A DNA stretch of 64,000 nt from Bugula neritina (taxonomy: Eukaryota; Animalia; Bryozoa). Positions 24,983-36,500 of the stretch are shown in pieces. Under the pieces are notes generated by a model. That model made no database searches. It was not told the origin of the DNA and saw only the letters and a program-made list of their open reading frames with translations. Both the position numbers and the translations under genes were made by a program. The stretch's first letter is position 1. The number at the start of each line of letters is the position of its first letter. The stretch covers positions 5,127,929 through 5,191,928 of the forward strand of contig OZ037769.1 of NCBI GenBank assembly GCA_964035545.1, written 5' to 3'.

Positions 24983-27900
24983 ATGGCCACACATTCAACA
25001 GGTTATGGGCCCAGTGGCTTCAAACACAGGCTTCTCTTTGATGGTGATTCAAACAATTTCTCAATTTGGGAAACAAGATTCACTTCATACTTGTACACAC
25101 AAGATGAAGGAGTACACACCGCACTTCTACCCAAAGAAGAAGGAGAAGATAACGCTGCTGACTTCAACAAAAAGAATAAGCGAGCTTACGCAGAGCTTGT
25201 ACAAGTTTTAGACGAAAAGTCTCTTCAACTTGTGATGAGAGATGCCAAAGACGATGGAAGAAAAGCATTCAAAATCCTAAAAGAACACTATGCAAGTACA
25301 CAAAAGCCTAGAGTATTAACTCTTTATGAACAACTAACAACTGTAAAAATGAATGATACAGAAGACATTACAGATTACCTGATTCGTGCTGAGAACTACT
25401 CAGCAGGCCTCAAGTCTGCTGGAGAAAATATTAGTGACAATTTGGTGATCGCAATGATTATGAAAGGATTACCAACATCCTACCAGCCTTTTGTTGTAGT
25501 ACATACGCAACTTGACAAAAACCAAACCCTATCAGAGTTCAAAGCAGCTCTAACCAACTTTGACCTTACTGAGTCGGCAAGGTGCTCTCAATCTACAGCC
25601 ATGGTATTTAAAGGAAGAGACAATTTCAAACCCACTAGCAAACGTGATAAACAGTGCACTGCTTGTGGTAAAAGCAATCATTCTACAACAGATTGTTACT
25701 CAAAGCACAAACTATTTTGTAACTACTGCAAGAAAGCTGGACATATCGAATCAGTTTGCAGGACAAAGAAGAAGACAAGTAAAACTGAAATTTCATCGGC
25801 AAATGCCACATATGCCTTCACTGTAAATACATCAAACCAATGCAACATAGCCACACAAAATAAATCTCAAGGAGGACAGTTGCTTATGGTGGACTGCAGA
25901 GCGACAAGTCATTTGGTGAACAATGAGAACAACTTCATTAGTTTTGATAAGAGCTTCACGCCTGAGAACCACTACATAGAGATGGCAGATGGTCGCAAAA
26001 CAAACAAGCTGGCTGTAGCCAAAGGTACAGCACAGTTTACTATTACTGATGACAACAATATGGAGCAGCAGATTTATCTAAAAGACGCTTTGCTAGCACC
26101 AACAATACCAACAAGCCTATTTTCAGTCCACGCCGCCACACAAAAAGGGGCAAAAGTACATTTCTCTAGAGAGAAAAATATACTGACAGTCGACAGGACA
26201 ACTTTTCCAATTATGCCCAAAGGCAGATTGTACTTCCTCAAGACAACCCATACAGGTGACTCAATGAACACCGCAAAATCGTTGCCCGATTGGCACAGGG
26301 CACTAGGTCACATGAACACCAATGACATAATTGAGCTGGAGAAAGTGACAACAGGTATGACCATAACTGGAGCAAAATTAAAAATTGCATGCAAGACATG
26401 TGACGAAAGTAAAATCACCAAACAACCTCACAAACAAGACGATAAACCTGAACTAGCTACACAGCCTCTACAACGTGTACACTCTGACTTATGTGGACCC
26501 ATCACACCAACTGCTAGAGGAGGACAAAACTACATAATAAACTTCATAGATGAATTTTCCAGTATGTTGTTCACCTACAATATACGCCACAAAAGTGATG
26601 CCACCACTGCACTTAAGCAATTCATTGCAGATGTGGCACCTATAGGAAATGTGAAGGAGATCCATACTGACAACGGCATGGAGTACCTTGGACAGCCATT
26701 TGAAGCCGTGCTACGCGAGAAGGGAATCAAACACACCACTACAGCACCCTACTCATCCTACCAGAATGGTAAATCAGAGAGGACTTGGCGCACCATAATG
26801 GACACAGCACGATGCCTACTCAAAGATTCAAATCACCCCAAGACTTTCTGGAGTTTTGCCGCTGACCATGCCAAGTACCTAAGAAACCGAAGCTACCAGA
26901 GACGGACGGGAAAGACAGCTTATGAGTTATTCACAGGCACGCTACCCGACATGAGGAAAATTTACAATTTTGGATCCCAATGCACATTCTACTCAGAGGG
27001 AAATAAGTTAAAACTCAGTGACCGCGGACAAAGCGGCATATATCTTGGTGTCAACACAAAGGCCCAAGGCTACCTTATACTTACCCCTAATCAGAAAATT
27101 GTTACATCCAGAAATGTCATACCACAAATATGCGGAAATGACGCAATGAACGTCATGCCACAAGGACCCGCACAAAACAGCAGAAATGGTACCCAGAATA
27201 CCATGCCACAAGAACCTGCACAAATATGCGGAAATGACGCAATGAACGTCATACCACAAGGACCCGCACAAAACAGCAGAAATGGTACTCAGAATACCAT
27301 GCCACAAGAACCTGCACAAATATGCGGAAATGACGCAATGAACGTCATGCCACAAGGACCCGCACAAAACAGCAGAAATGGTACCCAGAATACCATGCCA
27401 CAAGAACCTGCACAAACATGCGGAAATGACGCAATGAACGTCATGCCACAAGGACCCGCACTAAACAGCAGAAATGGTACTCAGAATACCATACCACAAG
27501 AACCTGCACCAGATCCGGCAAAGGCCACCAACCAACCTGGACCACGTAAATCAGAACGGAAACGAAAGCCTCCTACATACCTACAGGACTATGACATAGA
27601 AGACACTGACTATGCTTGCTCACTGATGGCAAACATACCACAGTCCTACCAAAAAGCTGTAAATTCAAAAGATAAAGAAGCCTGGAAGAAAGCCATGGAC
27701 AAGGAAATAAACACCCTACGTAATTCAAACACCTGGTCTATCCAGCCGCTACCTGAAGACAGGACAGAGACCAAGGGCAGATGGGTTTATACCCTCAAAC
27801 AGGGAAAAACGCCAGGTGAAACTCAACATAAAGCTAGATATGTAGCAAAAGGATTTTCACAAATACAAGGAGTTGACTATGAAGAAACTTACAGTCCAAC

Positions 27901-29185
27901 CACCAGATTCACATCGATCAGATTGCTGTTACAGAAAGCAGCAAATGAAAACATGAAAATACATCAACTAGATGTTAAAGGAGCGTACCTAAACGCACCA
28001 ATCGATAAGGAAATTTATCTACAACAGCCTGAAGGGTACGAAGAAACCAACAAACAAGGGAAGCTTTCTTGTCGTCTCAACAAATCCATTTATGGCCTCA
28101 AGCAAAGCGGACGCAATTGGCACCAAACACTGACCACTTTCCTCAAGGAGCAAGGCTTCACACCTGGTGCTGGAGACCCTTGTCTATACTCAAAAGAGGA
28201 CCCTTCAGATAAATCAGCCAACATCATCATTCTTTTCTGGGTTGATGACATCCTTCTCTGCTGCCGAGACGAGAACAGAATCACACAAACCAAATCTATG
28301 ATGCAACAAAAATTCAACATGGATGATAGAGGAGAATTAAGCTGGTTCCTGGGGATAGACTTCAGGAGACATGAGGACCAGTACACTATGTCACAGGAGC
28401 GCTACATAGACACGCTGCTGAACACCTACAATATGGCAGATTGCAACCCTGTATATACTCCTGCTGAAAAGGACTTACAACTAGAAAAAGCAACAGACGA
28501 CGAATATGAGCAATCAAAGGACTACCCCTACAGACAAGTTATAGGTTCTCTCATATACCTAATGACCGCCACACGTCCAGACCTAGCATGGATCATTAGG
28601 AAGCTCTCCCAACACTTAGAAAGACCTGGACCTGCACATATTGCTGCCTTGAAACGGCTGCTACGATACCTTAACGGTACAAAAGGATTCAATCTAAGAT
28701 TCACTCCCAATCAACAAGAACTAGTGGGCTATGTGGATGCAGATTGGGGCGGAGAAACCTCTACACGAAGATCAACAACAGGATATGTATTCACACTGGG
28801 TGGAGCCCCTATAAGTTGGAACAGCCGACGACAACCCACAGTGGCCTTATCATCATGTGAGGCCGAATACATGGCATTAGCCGAAGCTACAAAGGAGATG
28901 CTATTCCTACAGACTTTGTGCAAAACATTCAAGATGAAACAGCCTAACCCTAACACACTTTTCACTGACAACCTTGGAGCCATTGCCCTCACCAAGGGAC
29001 AACCATACTCACACCAGAGGAGCAAACACATTGACATTAGATTTCACTTTGTCAGAGAGCAAACCACCATAGCGTACCAACACATCAGAGGAGCAGAAAA
29101 CCCTGCCGATGTCATGACTAAGAGCTTGCCTAAAACCAATCACAGAATTGCACTGGAGCTACTAGCTATCGAATCACATGCTTGA
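24983..29185 (+). CDS. Copia Gag-Pol polyprotein (Gag with 2 CCHC knuckles, protease, integrase, RT, RNase H)
   Basis: Uninterrupted 1400-aa ORF in Copia order: WHRALGH..CKTC, VHSDLCGP/HTDNGMEY/GKSER integrase, LDVKGAYL/SIYGLKQSGRNW/WVDD RT, YVDADWG/SSCEAEY/KHIDIRFHFVRE RNase H. Confidence 0.96.
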   Translation: MATHSTGYGPSGFKHRLLFDGDSNNFSIWETRFTSYLYTQDEGVHTALLPKEEGEDNAADFNKKNKRAYAELVQVLDEKSLQLVMRDAKDDGRKAFKILKEHYASTQKPRVLTLYEQLTTVKMNDTEDITDYLIRAENYSAGLKSAGENISDNLVIAMIMKGLPTSYQPFVVVHTQLDKNQTLSEFKAALTNFDLTESARCSQSTAMVFKGRDNFKPTSKRDKQCTACGKSNHSTTDCYSKHKLFCNYCKKAGHIESVCRTKKKTSKTEISSANATYAFTVNTSNQCNIATQNKSQGGQLLMVDCRATSHLVNNENNFISFDKSFTPENHYIEMADGRKTNKLAVAKGTAQFTITDDNNMEQQIYLKDALLAPTIPTSLFSVHAATQKGAKVHFSREKNILTVDRTTFPIMPKGRLYFLKTTHTGDSMNTAKSLPDWHRALGHMNTNDIIELEKVTTGMTITGAKLKIACKTCDESKITKQPHKQDDKPELATQPLQRVHSDLCGPITPTARGGQNYIINFIDEFSSMLFTYNIRHKSDATTALKQFIADVAPIGNVKEIHTDNGMEYLGQPFEAVLREKGIKHTTTAPYSSYQNGKSERTWRTIMDTARCLLKDSNHPKTFWSFAADHAKYLRNRSYQRRTGKTAYELFTGTLPDMRKIYNFGSQCTFYSEGNKLKLSDRGQSGIYLGVNTKAQGYLILTPNQKIVTSRNVIPQICGNDAMNVMPQGPAQNSRNGTQNTMPQEPAQICGNDAMNVIPQGPAQNSRNGTQNTMPQEPAQICGNDAMNVMPQGPAQNSRNGTQNTMPQEPAQTCGNDAMNVMPQGPALNSRNGTQNTIPQEPAPDPAKATNQPGPRKSERKRKPPTYLQDYDIEDTDYACSLMANIPQSYQKAVNSKDKEAWKKAMDKEINTLRNSNTWSIQPLPEDRTETKGRWVYTLKQGKTPGETQHKARYVAKGFSQIQGVDYEETYSPTTRFTSIRLLLQKAANENMKIHQLDVKGAYLNAPIDKEIYLQQPEGYEETNKQGKLSCRLNKSIYGLKQSGRNWHQTLTTFLKEQGFTPGAGDPCLYSKEDPSDKSANIIILFWVDDILLCCRDENRITQTKSMMQQKFNMDDRGELSWFLGIDFRRHEDQYTMSQERYIDTLLNTYNMADCNPVYTPAEKDLQLEKATDDEYEQSKDYPYRQVIGSLIYLMTATRPDLAWIIRKLSQHLERPGPAHIAALKRLLRYLNGTKGFNLRFTPNQQELVGYVDADWGGETSTRRSTTGYVFTLGGAPISWNSRRQPTVALSSCEAEYMALAEATKEMLFLQTLCKTFKMKQPNPNTLFTDNLGAIALTKGQPYSHQRSKHIDIRFHFVREQTTIAYQHIRGAENPADVMTKSLPKTNHRIALELLAIESHA
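27125..27508 (+). repeat. In-frame 96-bp (32-aa) tandem repeat x4 in the Copia IN-RT linker
   Basis: QICGNDAMNVMPQGPAQNSRNGTQNTMPQEPA repeated four times; starts at 27125 and 27221 are 96 bp apart. Confidence 0.95.
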
Positions 29186-32100
29186 GGGGGTGTGTTGAGA
29201 AACAATCATGCGATGCTATCGCTAATCACATTCATGACAATCACGTGACAATATGCTAACTAATTGCTTTACTAGAATCGCTGTATACTTGTTTACTCTC
29301 TCTTCCGTTTTATATTATACAAAACCATCACGCTGTTTTTCATTCTAATAAATATTTTATTATCAATTAATTAAATCAGTCAGTCAGTTTGCTCGATAAG
29401 TTAAATCAGCAATCAATAACGTATTTCATAATAAATACTATACACAATGGCCACACATTCAACAGTTCTAATTTAAAATTGTTCACATTTACAAAATGCT
29501 TTTTGAACGCGACCAGATACTAAAAGCCCCCTCTGGACTAGGCCATGTTGAATATTCTTCATTTTCCAAATGTCTATTTTCCAATTGTCCATTTTCTAAT
29601 TGTCCATTTTCTAAATAGGTGTTTTCCAATTGTCATTTTCGGAATGTCGCGGATTCATTTTAAGCCGGTGAATAACAGTGTAAAATGGTTTTATTGCATT
29701 CAAAAGTCTATCTTGAATAAACTTTTGAGCCGTTTCTGCTCCCTGAGCCATAGCGGTCACTATTGACCAGGAGGTCTCAGCATCGGGACTTACTCCAGTA
29801 GCAATATTAATAAGTTCAGTTAAATTATTGCTAAACAACTTAACATCAAACTGCTGTAATGTAAAAAGAGTTGCTGGTCTATCAATCTCATCCTTCATAG
29901 TTGTAATGATTGTCTTTCTTGTGTAGTGTTGATGACTGTGAGGCTATTTGGCAAAAATCCTTTTGCAAAGAAAGCAGTTGGGCTCTGATATGACTAGTTA
30001 AGAACCATTTTGTCCGAGCTTCTTCATGGTTGCTAATGCCAATAATACCTCCAGATGTTTTACTGTCTCGGTTCAAAGTTTGCTGCAAGACCTGATCTGG
30101 AGCCATACCTGCAAGTTTTTTCCTGTCCTTTTTACGGTGAATGAACCCTTTGCAAACATTCCATTAACTTCTGGAGCAGATTCAGGCAAATTTAGCATAT
30201 CAATAAGGTATATAGGCAGTCACCTTGAGTAGTTTGTGCGATCATACACAAAAAATACTGGTAGCATTGCCTGCATACTGTCCAAATATAATTGCCAGTT
30301 GCCACTATGCTCAGCTCGAATAAATCCCAACATGGCTTCTACTGCATGAAGGTAAGAATTCCAGAACATTGAAAGGTTAGATTTTAATTTAGTATCAGAA
30401 TCAAACTTTTTTATAGCAGTAGCAACTTTATCTGCGACAGTGGTCCATTCACGTAAGTTATCACCAATAGAAATATTATGATAATCTAATGGGTCAAACT
30501 GATCATTTTCTTGAAGCCATTCCGAAAGAGATTTTAGTTTCTGTCTTGATATTGCCTCATACAAAATCTTGTGTGCCCATACACCTCTGTTATAATGCTT
30601 ACCACATAGCACCTGTTTCACTGTAACTTCAGAATATATATCCCTGTGCACAAAAACTTGGGCGAGGCCGCTTGATTTTACCATTTTGCCAAGCGCTGCC
30701 ATGTAATTCATCAAGATATGAAAACCGCCCATTCGAATTATTGTGTTTGAAAATTCAGTTGGTTTGTTCCATTGAATCTCTTTGGCAATCTTGTAGATAG
30801 CTTGGTCAAATGTAATTATTGAATGTTTCTGATTTAAAACTTCAATAGTTTTCTTTAGCTGCAGAAGAATTGTATAAATTGTTGATGGATCTGTTGATGG
30901 TGCATTAATCATTGGGCAATACCCAATGACTGATCTTTTATTATCTTCTGTGGCAACCAAATTTGTTACGTTAAAGCTACTCCAGCTGGGGCAGTTATGT
31001 GTAGAAGGATTTATATCCAATTGAAATAGTTTGATTGGGGCAAGTCTTGCCAATAGCCATGCTGTATTTAGATTACATGAATCCTCAAGTGACTTTTTCA
31101 TATTCAGCAATGTCTCTTGACTAAGTTTTGTGATAAAATATGATTTTGAGAGCAATGCAGATGTGATTTTAACAGTGGTCTGTTAATTATTGCTGACACT
31201 CAATTTATACAGTAAATATTGAATATTAATAGTATTGATTGTAATCAATTATTCAAAATGAGTCAATAAGCTAATATAAATACACTAAGAATACATTTTT
31301 ATCATGCTGATGTTGTTCCTATCAGCAAAGAGCAATATTATTGGGTAGAAATGCAATAATTTATAACGGAGGAGATAACTCCCGTTTTATGTTTTTTATT
31401 TGTCATGGTTGGGAAAGAAGTTATATAGTTCAGAATGTAATGAAAACTGGAGAGCATTATTAGAACACAATAGAGTGTTTTCATACCAAAAATCAACATT
31501 CTAAATGCTAGAACAAAAAAGTAGCAGTTTAGAGAATATCCGGTATATGCAAAAAAGTAGTTTGTAATATTATAGGCTCCGCCCACTTTTTTATTTTTGG
31601 TCAAAACTTTTGTTAGAGAAAGTTTCATATGTGTACAACATTCCTTGAAAATATTTTTAATGTCAAACTTAAACTACTCAAAAAATTAAATATTTAGAGT
31701 TCCATAGTCCCCCCTTGAAAAATGCTGAACCCCTGTATATCCACCCCTCTCACGAGAGAACCCCCCCAGATACAAAAAAGGTGCTCGCAGATCTGAGATC
31801 AGTAGAATGTTAGCTTTGCAGTGATATATAGCAACAAAGGTTAGTATTGATGTGCTCCACCCGCCCATTTTTGCATGTTGGCACCCCCACTATAAGTTGA
31901 ATATTTGGTCTTGCATAGAAATTGCTTAATGCATTAATTAATATATATGACACATGGTTTATAGCTTATTTAGATAACACAAATAGTATTATTTAGTAGT
32001 GTGGCTTTTAGATATAAGTAATTGTGTGTTAGGATAGCACCACATGCCATGATCACGTGTTGAAATTTGTAATATTGACTTAAAGTAAAACACTAATTGA

Positions 32101-32839
32101 TGAACAGATGGGAATGAATAAAAAGCTGAAACATATAACAGATGCTGTTCATAAATAGAGTACACATATGTATATGTGTAAATATTTGTTTACATCAACA
32201 TATAGATGATATAATGTTTTAAATGCTTAATAAATTATTTGACATTGATCAGCCCGTTACAAAGGTCAACACGTGAGCACCGGGTGATACATTTTATCAT
32301 ATTATAGTTTTAAAGTTATTCTTTAGATTAAGGATTGCTGTACAATTAATGATGATATAGCCTACAATATACAAAAGATGAGCCAACAATAATAGATCCT
32401 TCTTACGTCAATCCCTATCTTGGCTGTAAAGCTGCCAACATACCTAACCAAGTTCTACGTCAGTCTGCCGCCGGTTTTCATTGGCCAGTTGTTGCCGGTA
32501 TCCTTAAAATCTGAACCATTGCCAAGAAGATTTAGTATAAAAGAAGCCGGGTTTCTGAAAAATAGGAGTAGGATGGAAAATGGAGAAAGATGTATGGATG
32601 AACGATAAACGAAGAATGAAGATATTATAGAAGATAAAGGCAGCTAAAGACAATTGGAGCATAGGAAATATAGCAGCAGTAACAATTATATTAAGTATTA
32701 GAAGGAACGGCAAGAAAAGCTGACTGATTGATACGAATGTACTGATAATATAGACTGGTTACAGTAAGTAATGTTACAACTTTATGTTTAAGGATATCTT
32801 AACCTCTTTTACTATTTGAACTAACAAGTGTATTAGTTT

Positions 32840-33200
32840 TCTTTTAAAGGCAGCACAAACTTGTTTGAGGAAATTTTGTTTGAATTGATCTATTAATTTT
32901 TTTTTAAGCAGCATAAATTATTTGAAGAGAAATTGTTGATTTGATTTATTGATTTTGAAACAGCATAAGTTTATTTGAAGAAATTAATATTTGAATTAGA
33001 AATTTTATTTTAAAGCCGCATAAATTTATATTTGAATTGAGAAATTTATTTCTAGTCTACACAAATTTAATATTGGAGAAATATTTAAATTTTAAAGCTG
33101 CACAAATTTATATTTGAGAAAATATTTGAATTTTAAAGCTGCACAAATTTATATTGAAGAATTTATTTCAAGGCTGCATGAGTTTATGTTGAAGCAAATA
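32840..33200. repeat. Degenerate ~36-45-bp AT-rich tandem repeat
   Basis: Recurrent TTTAAAGCTGCACAAATTTATATTTGA-like units; the Gypsy element is inserted at the end of the array. Confidence 0.7.
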
Positions 33201-33536
33201 TTGTAGTGAGGACGTAATACGCGCGTCCCCCAAACCCCTTCAGCCTATCGGAGTGCGTCACGTGATAACCCTCAGCGAGTAGTAGTTTATCAGTAGAGAG
33301 AGCGTACTAACTAAGTGAAGATGTAGTTTCTAATCTGCGTACTTTTTGTATCTTTCTATATACTTAGTAGCGAATAAACTTTGTAAACTCTTACTTAAAT
33401 ACTTTATTGATGTGGATAAATAGACTATAATTACAAGCTAGGAACCCACGCATAGTAATTACACGAATTACTACAGTGGTGGCAGCAGTGGGATTTCTAG
33501 CTACTATATAAGGACAATAAGAAGTATTAGAACATC

Positions 33537-36500
33537 ATGGACGAGAGTGTAACTTCAATGGAAGAAGGTGAGCGAAACATTATTATAGGCCCTCTCGGAG
33601 CTGGAGAGGAGGTATATAGGAATACATTGGAGGTTCCCGTGTTGTTGTTCGAGGATGTTGAACAGTTCATCCAAGAGTTCCGTGAAGTTGCAGCCATTAC
33701 AAGATGGCCGCCAAGAGTAACTCTTACGAAATTGCGGATGGCACTGACGGAAGAAGCCAAGCCGTACGGGTGGAAGCCTAGCGTAAACGGGATCATTGCT
33801 ACACTACGGGCCCGTTTTGGCATGCCCGTTGCCGTCGCCAAGTCCAGGCTGCGAGGATTACTCCGCAAGACATGTACACCGCTTCCTCACCACGCCACTC
33901 TGGTGCAGAGACTGGCACGGACCGCGTATAGCGATCTGCCAGAAACACACAGCCGGCACTATACATTCGAAGCTTTTGTACAGTCCCTCAACTCTTTGGA
34001 CTTCCACCACCAGTTACAAGCCAAGGGAGTAACCACGATCGAGGCTGCAATCCAAGAGAACAAGGCCTACGCTGGAGCCGAGCGACTCTATAAGACGGAA
34101 GAGGCCACTCCCCGGACCTCTAGGGAACCAGACCATCCGGTCCGCATAGCTGCCGCGACCATTGAACCCCCCATAGAGATGGAGATGGGCCGCTTGATGA
34201 CTAAACTGGGACAATTGGTAGCGACGATAACATACAACCACTCAAGGAAAAGTAAGAGGCCGGCCACAAAGCCCCCCAGACCTATGATGCAACGCTGGGA
34301 AAGCGGCAACCAGGGGCACCGCCGCTCAAGCGGCCCACGATTCAAACGGCAGCAGAAACCACAACCTCCCCGGAGACCTCCAGAGCTCCGCGGGCCCAAA
34401 CCGAGAGGAAAACGGGGTGGATGTCGCCAGGAGCCCGTACGGGCCCAGCGGCACGCCCCCCGTCAATGGCAAACACCTCGCCGAACCAGCCAACCGGGTC
34501 GACCACGAGACCCCTTCTCTCTGCCTCTCACCAACCGCTTCGGTCCGTTGCCAGTAATGGAGCAGACCAGCGAGGCCCCTCAGGGCATCGGGGAGGATCA
34601 AAACACCCCCCCCCCGCAAGGAAACTCTCACCGGCCCCGCAAACCGCGGAACAAACGGGCGCAGCCCCGTTCGGCCGAGACCGAGCACGCTGGGGGAGTA
34701 CGGGTACAACCTCACGGAGGCAGCTACTTCTTGCCAGGGAAGGTGGCCGGTAAAGCTGTCACCTTCCTGTTAGACTCCGGGTGTACCACTAATCTCCTCA
34801 GCCGTCGGGTCTTCGACACCCTCCCTCTCAAGGAGAGGGGAGCCTTAGCTCCCTATACCGGGGAACCGGGCACCCTAGCTGACGGGTCACGGATTCCTTT
34901 CTACGGTATCATAGAATTGACTGGGCGCGTCCGCGACCAGGCCATTCAGGAAACCTTCGTCATCAGCCCACTTGAGGAAGATGCCATACTGGGGATGCTG
35001 TTCTTGAAGAGACACGGGTGCCATATCGACTTTAGCAAGTCAGCCATGCTAATGGGCGGCAAAGAGCTCACCTGTGTCGACAAGTTCGGTCGTCCCCTAG
35101 CGGGAGGTGTGCAGGTAGTACGGAACTGTACTATACCCGGCCGCTCCCGGGCTACTGTTCACTGCAGAGTGAACAATAGCCAACTCTCGGGGTTAGGGGT
35201 TGTCGAAGGTGCGCACACTAGAATCCAACTCGCCAGCAGTCTTAACCGGCTGACTGACCGAGGAGAGATCTTGGTGCAGTGTGTCAACCCCTTCTCCGAA
35301 GCGGTACAATTACCGTCAGGATCCATGCTGGGTCGCTTCCACTCCATCCAGGAGGAGGATATAGGGCCGTCGCTGGGAGCTGCGACGGAAGGTCCCCAAC
35401 AGAGCCCGTCAGTTAGGCGGGGGACCGTCCCACCACACGTCAAAGAGCTATACCAGGCAGCGTGTGACGGCTGCACGGGCAACGTGGAACGCCAGACCAT
35501 GGCTCAGTTGCTACGTGATTATAGCGACGTGTTCAGCAGTGGAGACCATGACGTCGGCCTGACCACGGCCGTCCGTCATGAGATACCGCTAGCTGCAGGG
35601 ACTACCCCTATTCGACAGCCCACTAGGAGGCTGGGACCCGAGAAGGAAAAGGAGGTCAGCCAACAAGTCCGGGATCTTTTGGACCGCGGCCTCATCGAGC
35701 CAGCACATAGTGCGTGGAGTTCGCCGGTCGTTCTGGTCCGAAAGAAAGACGGCAGTTGGCGGTTCTGTGTGGATTATCGCAAGCTCAATAGCGTGACCAT
35801 ACAGGACGCCTACCCCTTACCCAGGATCGACGAATCTCTGGACGCCTTAGCTGGCAGCAAGTACTTCAGTACGCTAGACTTGTTGAGCGGCTATTGGCAG
35901 GTCCCCCTCAGCCCAGACGCCCAGGAGAAGGCGGCGTTCATCACGCGGGACGGCTTATGGAAGTGGAAGGTCCTCCCCTTCGGACTGACTTCTGCCCCCG
36001 CCACGTTCCAGCGGCTCATGGAACAGGTCCTCAGTGGACTCCACTGGAAGACACTGCTAGTATACCTCGACGACGTCATCGTGATCTCCCCAGACTTTCA
36101 GACACACGTCAGCCGTCTGCGGGAGGTCTTCGATCGACTCCGAGGCGCCAATCTGAAGCTCAAACCCTCCAAGTGCGCTCTCTTGCAGCCAGAGGTGAAG
36201 TACCTGGGGCACGTCGTCGGCCGTCACGGTGTGGCGACGGATCCTGAAAAGGTACGAGCTATAGAAGATTGGGTAACCCCCCAGGATTTGACCGGACTAT
36301 GGGCTTTCCTGGGGCTGGTAGGGTATTACAGGCAATACATACCAGACTTTGCGGGGGTAGCGCAGCCATTAAACCGGCTCACCGCAAAGGGGGTGACCTG
36401 GCAGTGGACTCCCGTCGAACAGAGAGCGTTCGACTGTCTCAAAGGCCGCCTGCTGGAGGCCCCTATCCTGGCCTATCCAGACCCTGCCCTGGAGTACATC

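Larger units (their letters stand above)
24729..29464 (+). mobile_element. Full-length Ty1/Copia LTR retrotransposon
   Basis: 272-bp LTRs (24729-25000, 29193-29464) with no difference seen by eye, TG...CA ends, 5-bp TSD GTTCT, PBS GGTTATGGGCCCAG (25001-25014), PPT GAGGGGG before the 3' LTR. Confidence 0.97.
24511..29656. mobile_element. ~405-bp foldback-type MITE (Mutator-like), interrupted by the Copia element
   Basis: ~130-140-bp imperfect TIRs built from GGACAATTGGAAAAT-like subrepeats; G...C termini; 8-bp TSD ATTTTAAG (24503-24510, 29657-29664). Superfamily assignment is inference. Confidence 0.8.
23045..31155 (-). pseudogene. Academ transposase-XPG nuclease pseudogene, split by the 24511-29656 insertion
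   Basis: Fragments 31155-30220, 30106-29888, 29898-29657, 24510-23851 and onward to ~23045; in-frame stops and frameshifts. The reading frame rejoins as HRLK-IPSF across the insertion. Confidence 0.82.
22709..31892 (-). mobile_element. Academ (AcademX) DNA transposon, decayed, with nested insertions
   Basis: 336-bp TIRs (22709-23044 and 31557-31892), TAG...CTA termini, 3-bp TSD TAA. Minus-strand fragments encode a transposase-like region (IITFDQAIY, RMGGFH, GKHYNRGVWAHK), an XPG/PIN-like nuclease region (IIDGM, VDVVFDVY, EADTRLILHA, SVDTDV, LHALTG*DSVS) and a C-terminal Cys-rich finger, the architecture described for Academ. Confidence 0.85.
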
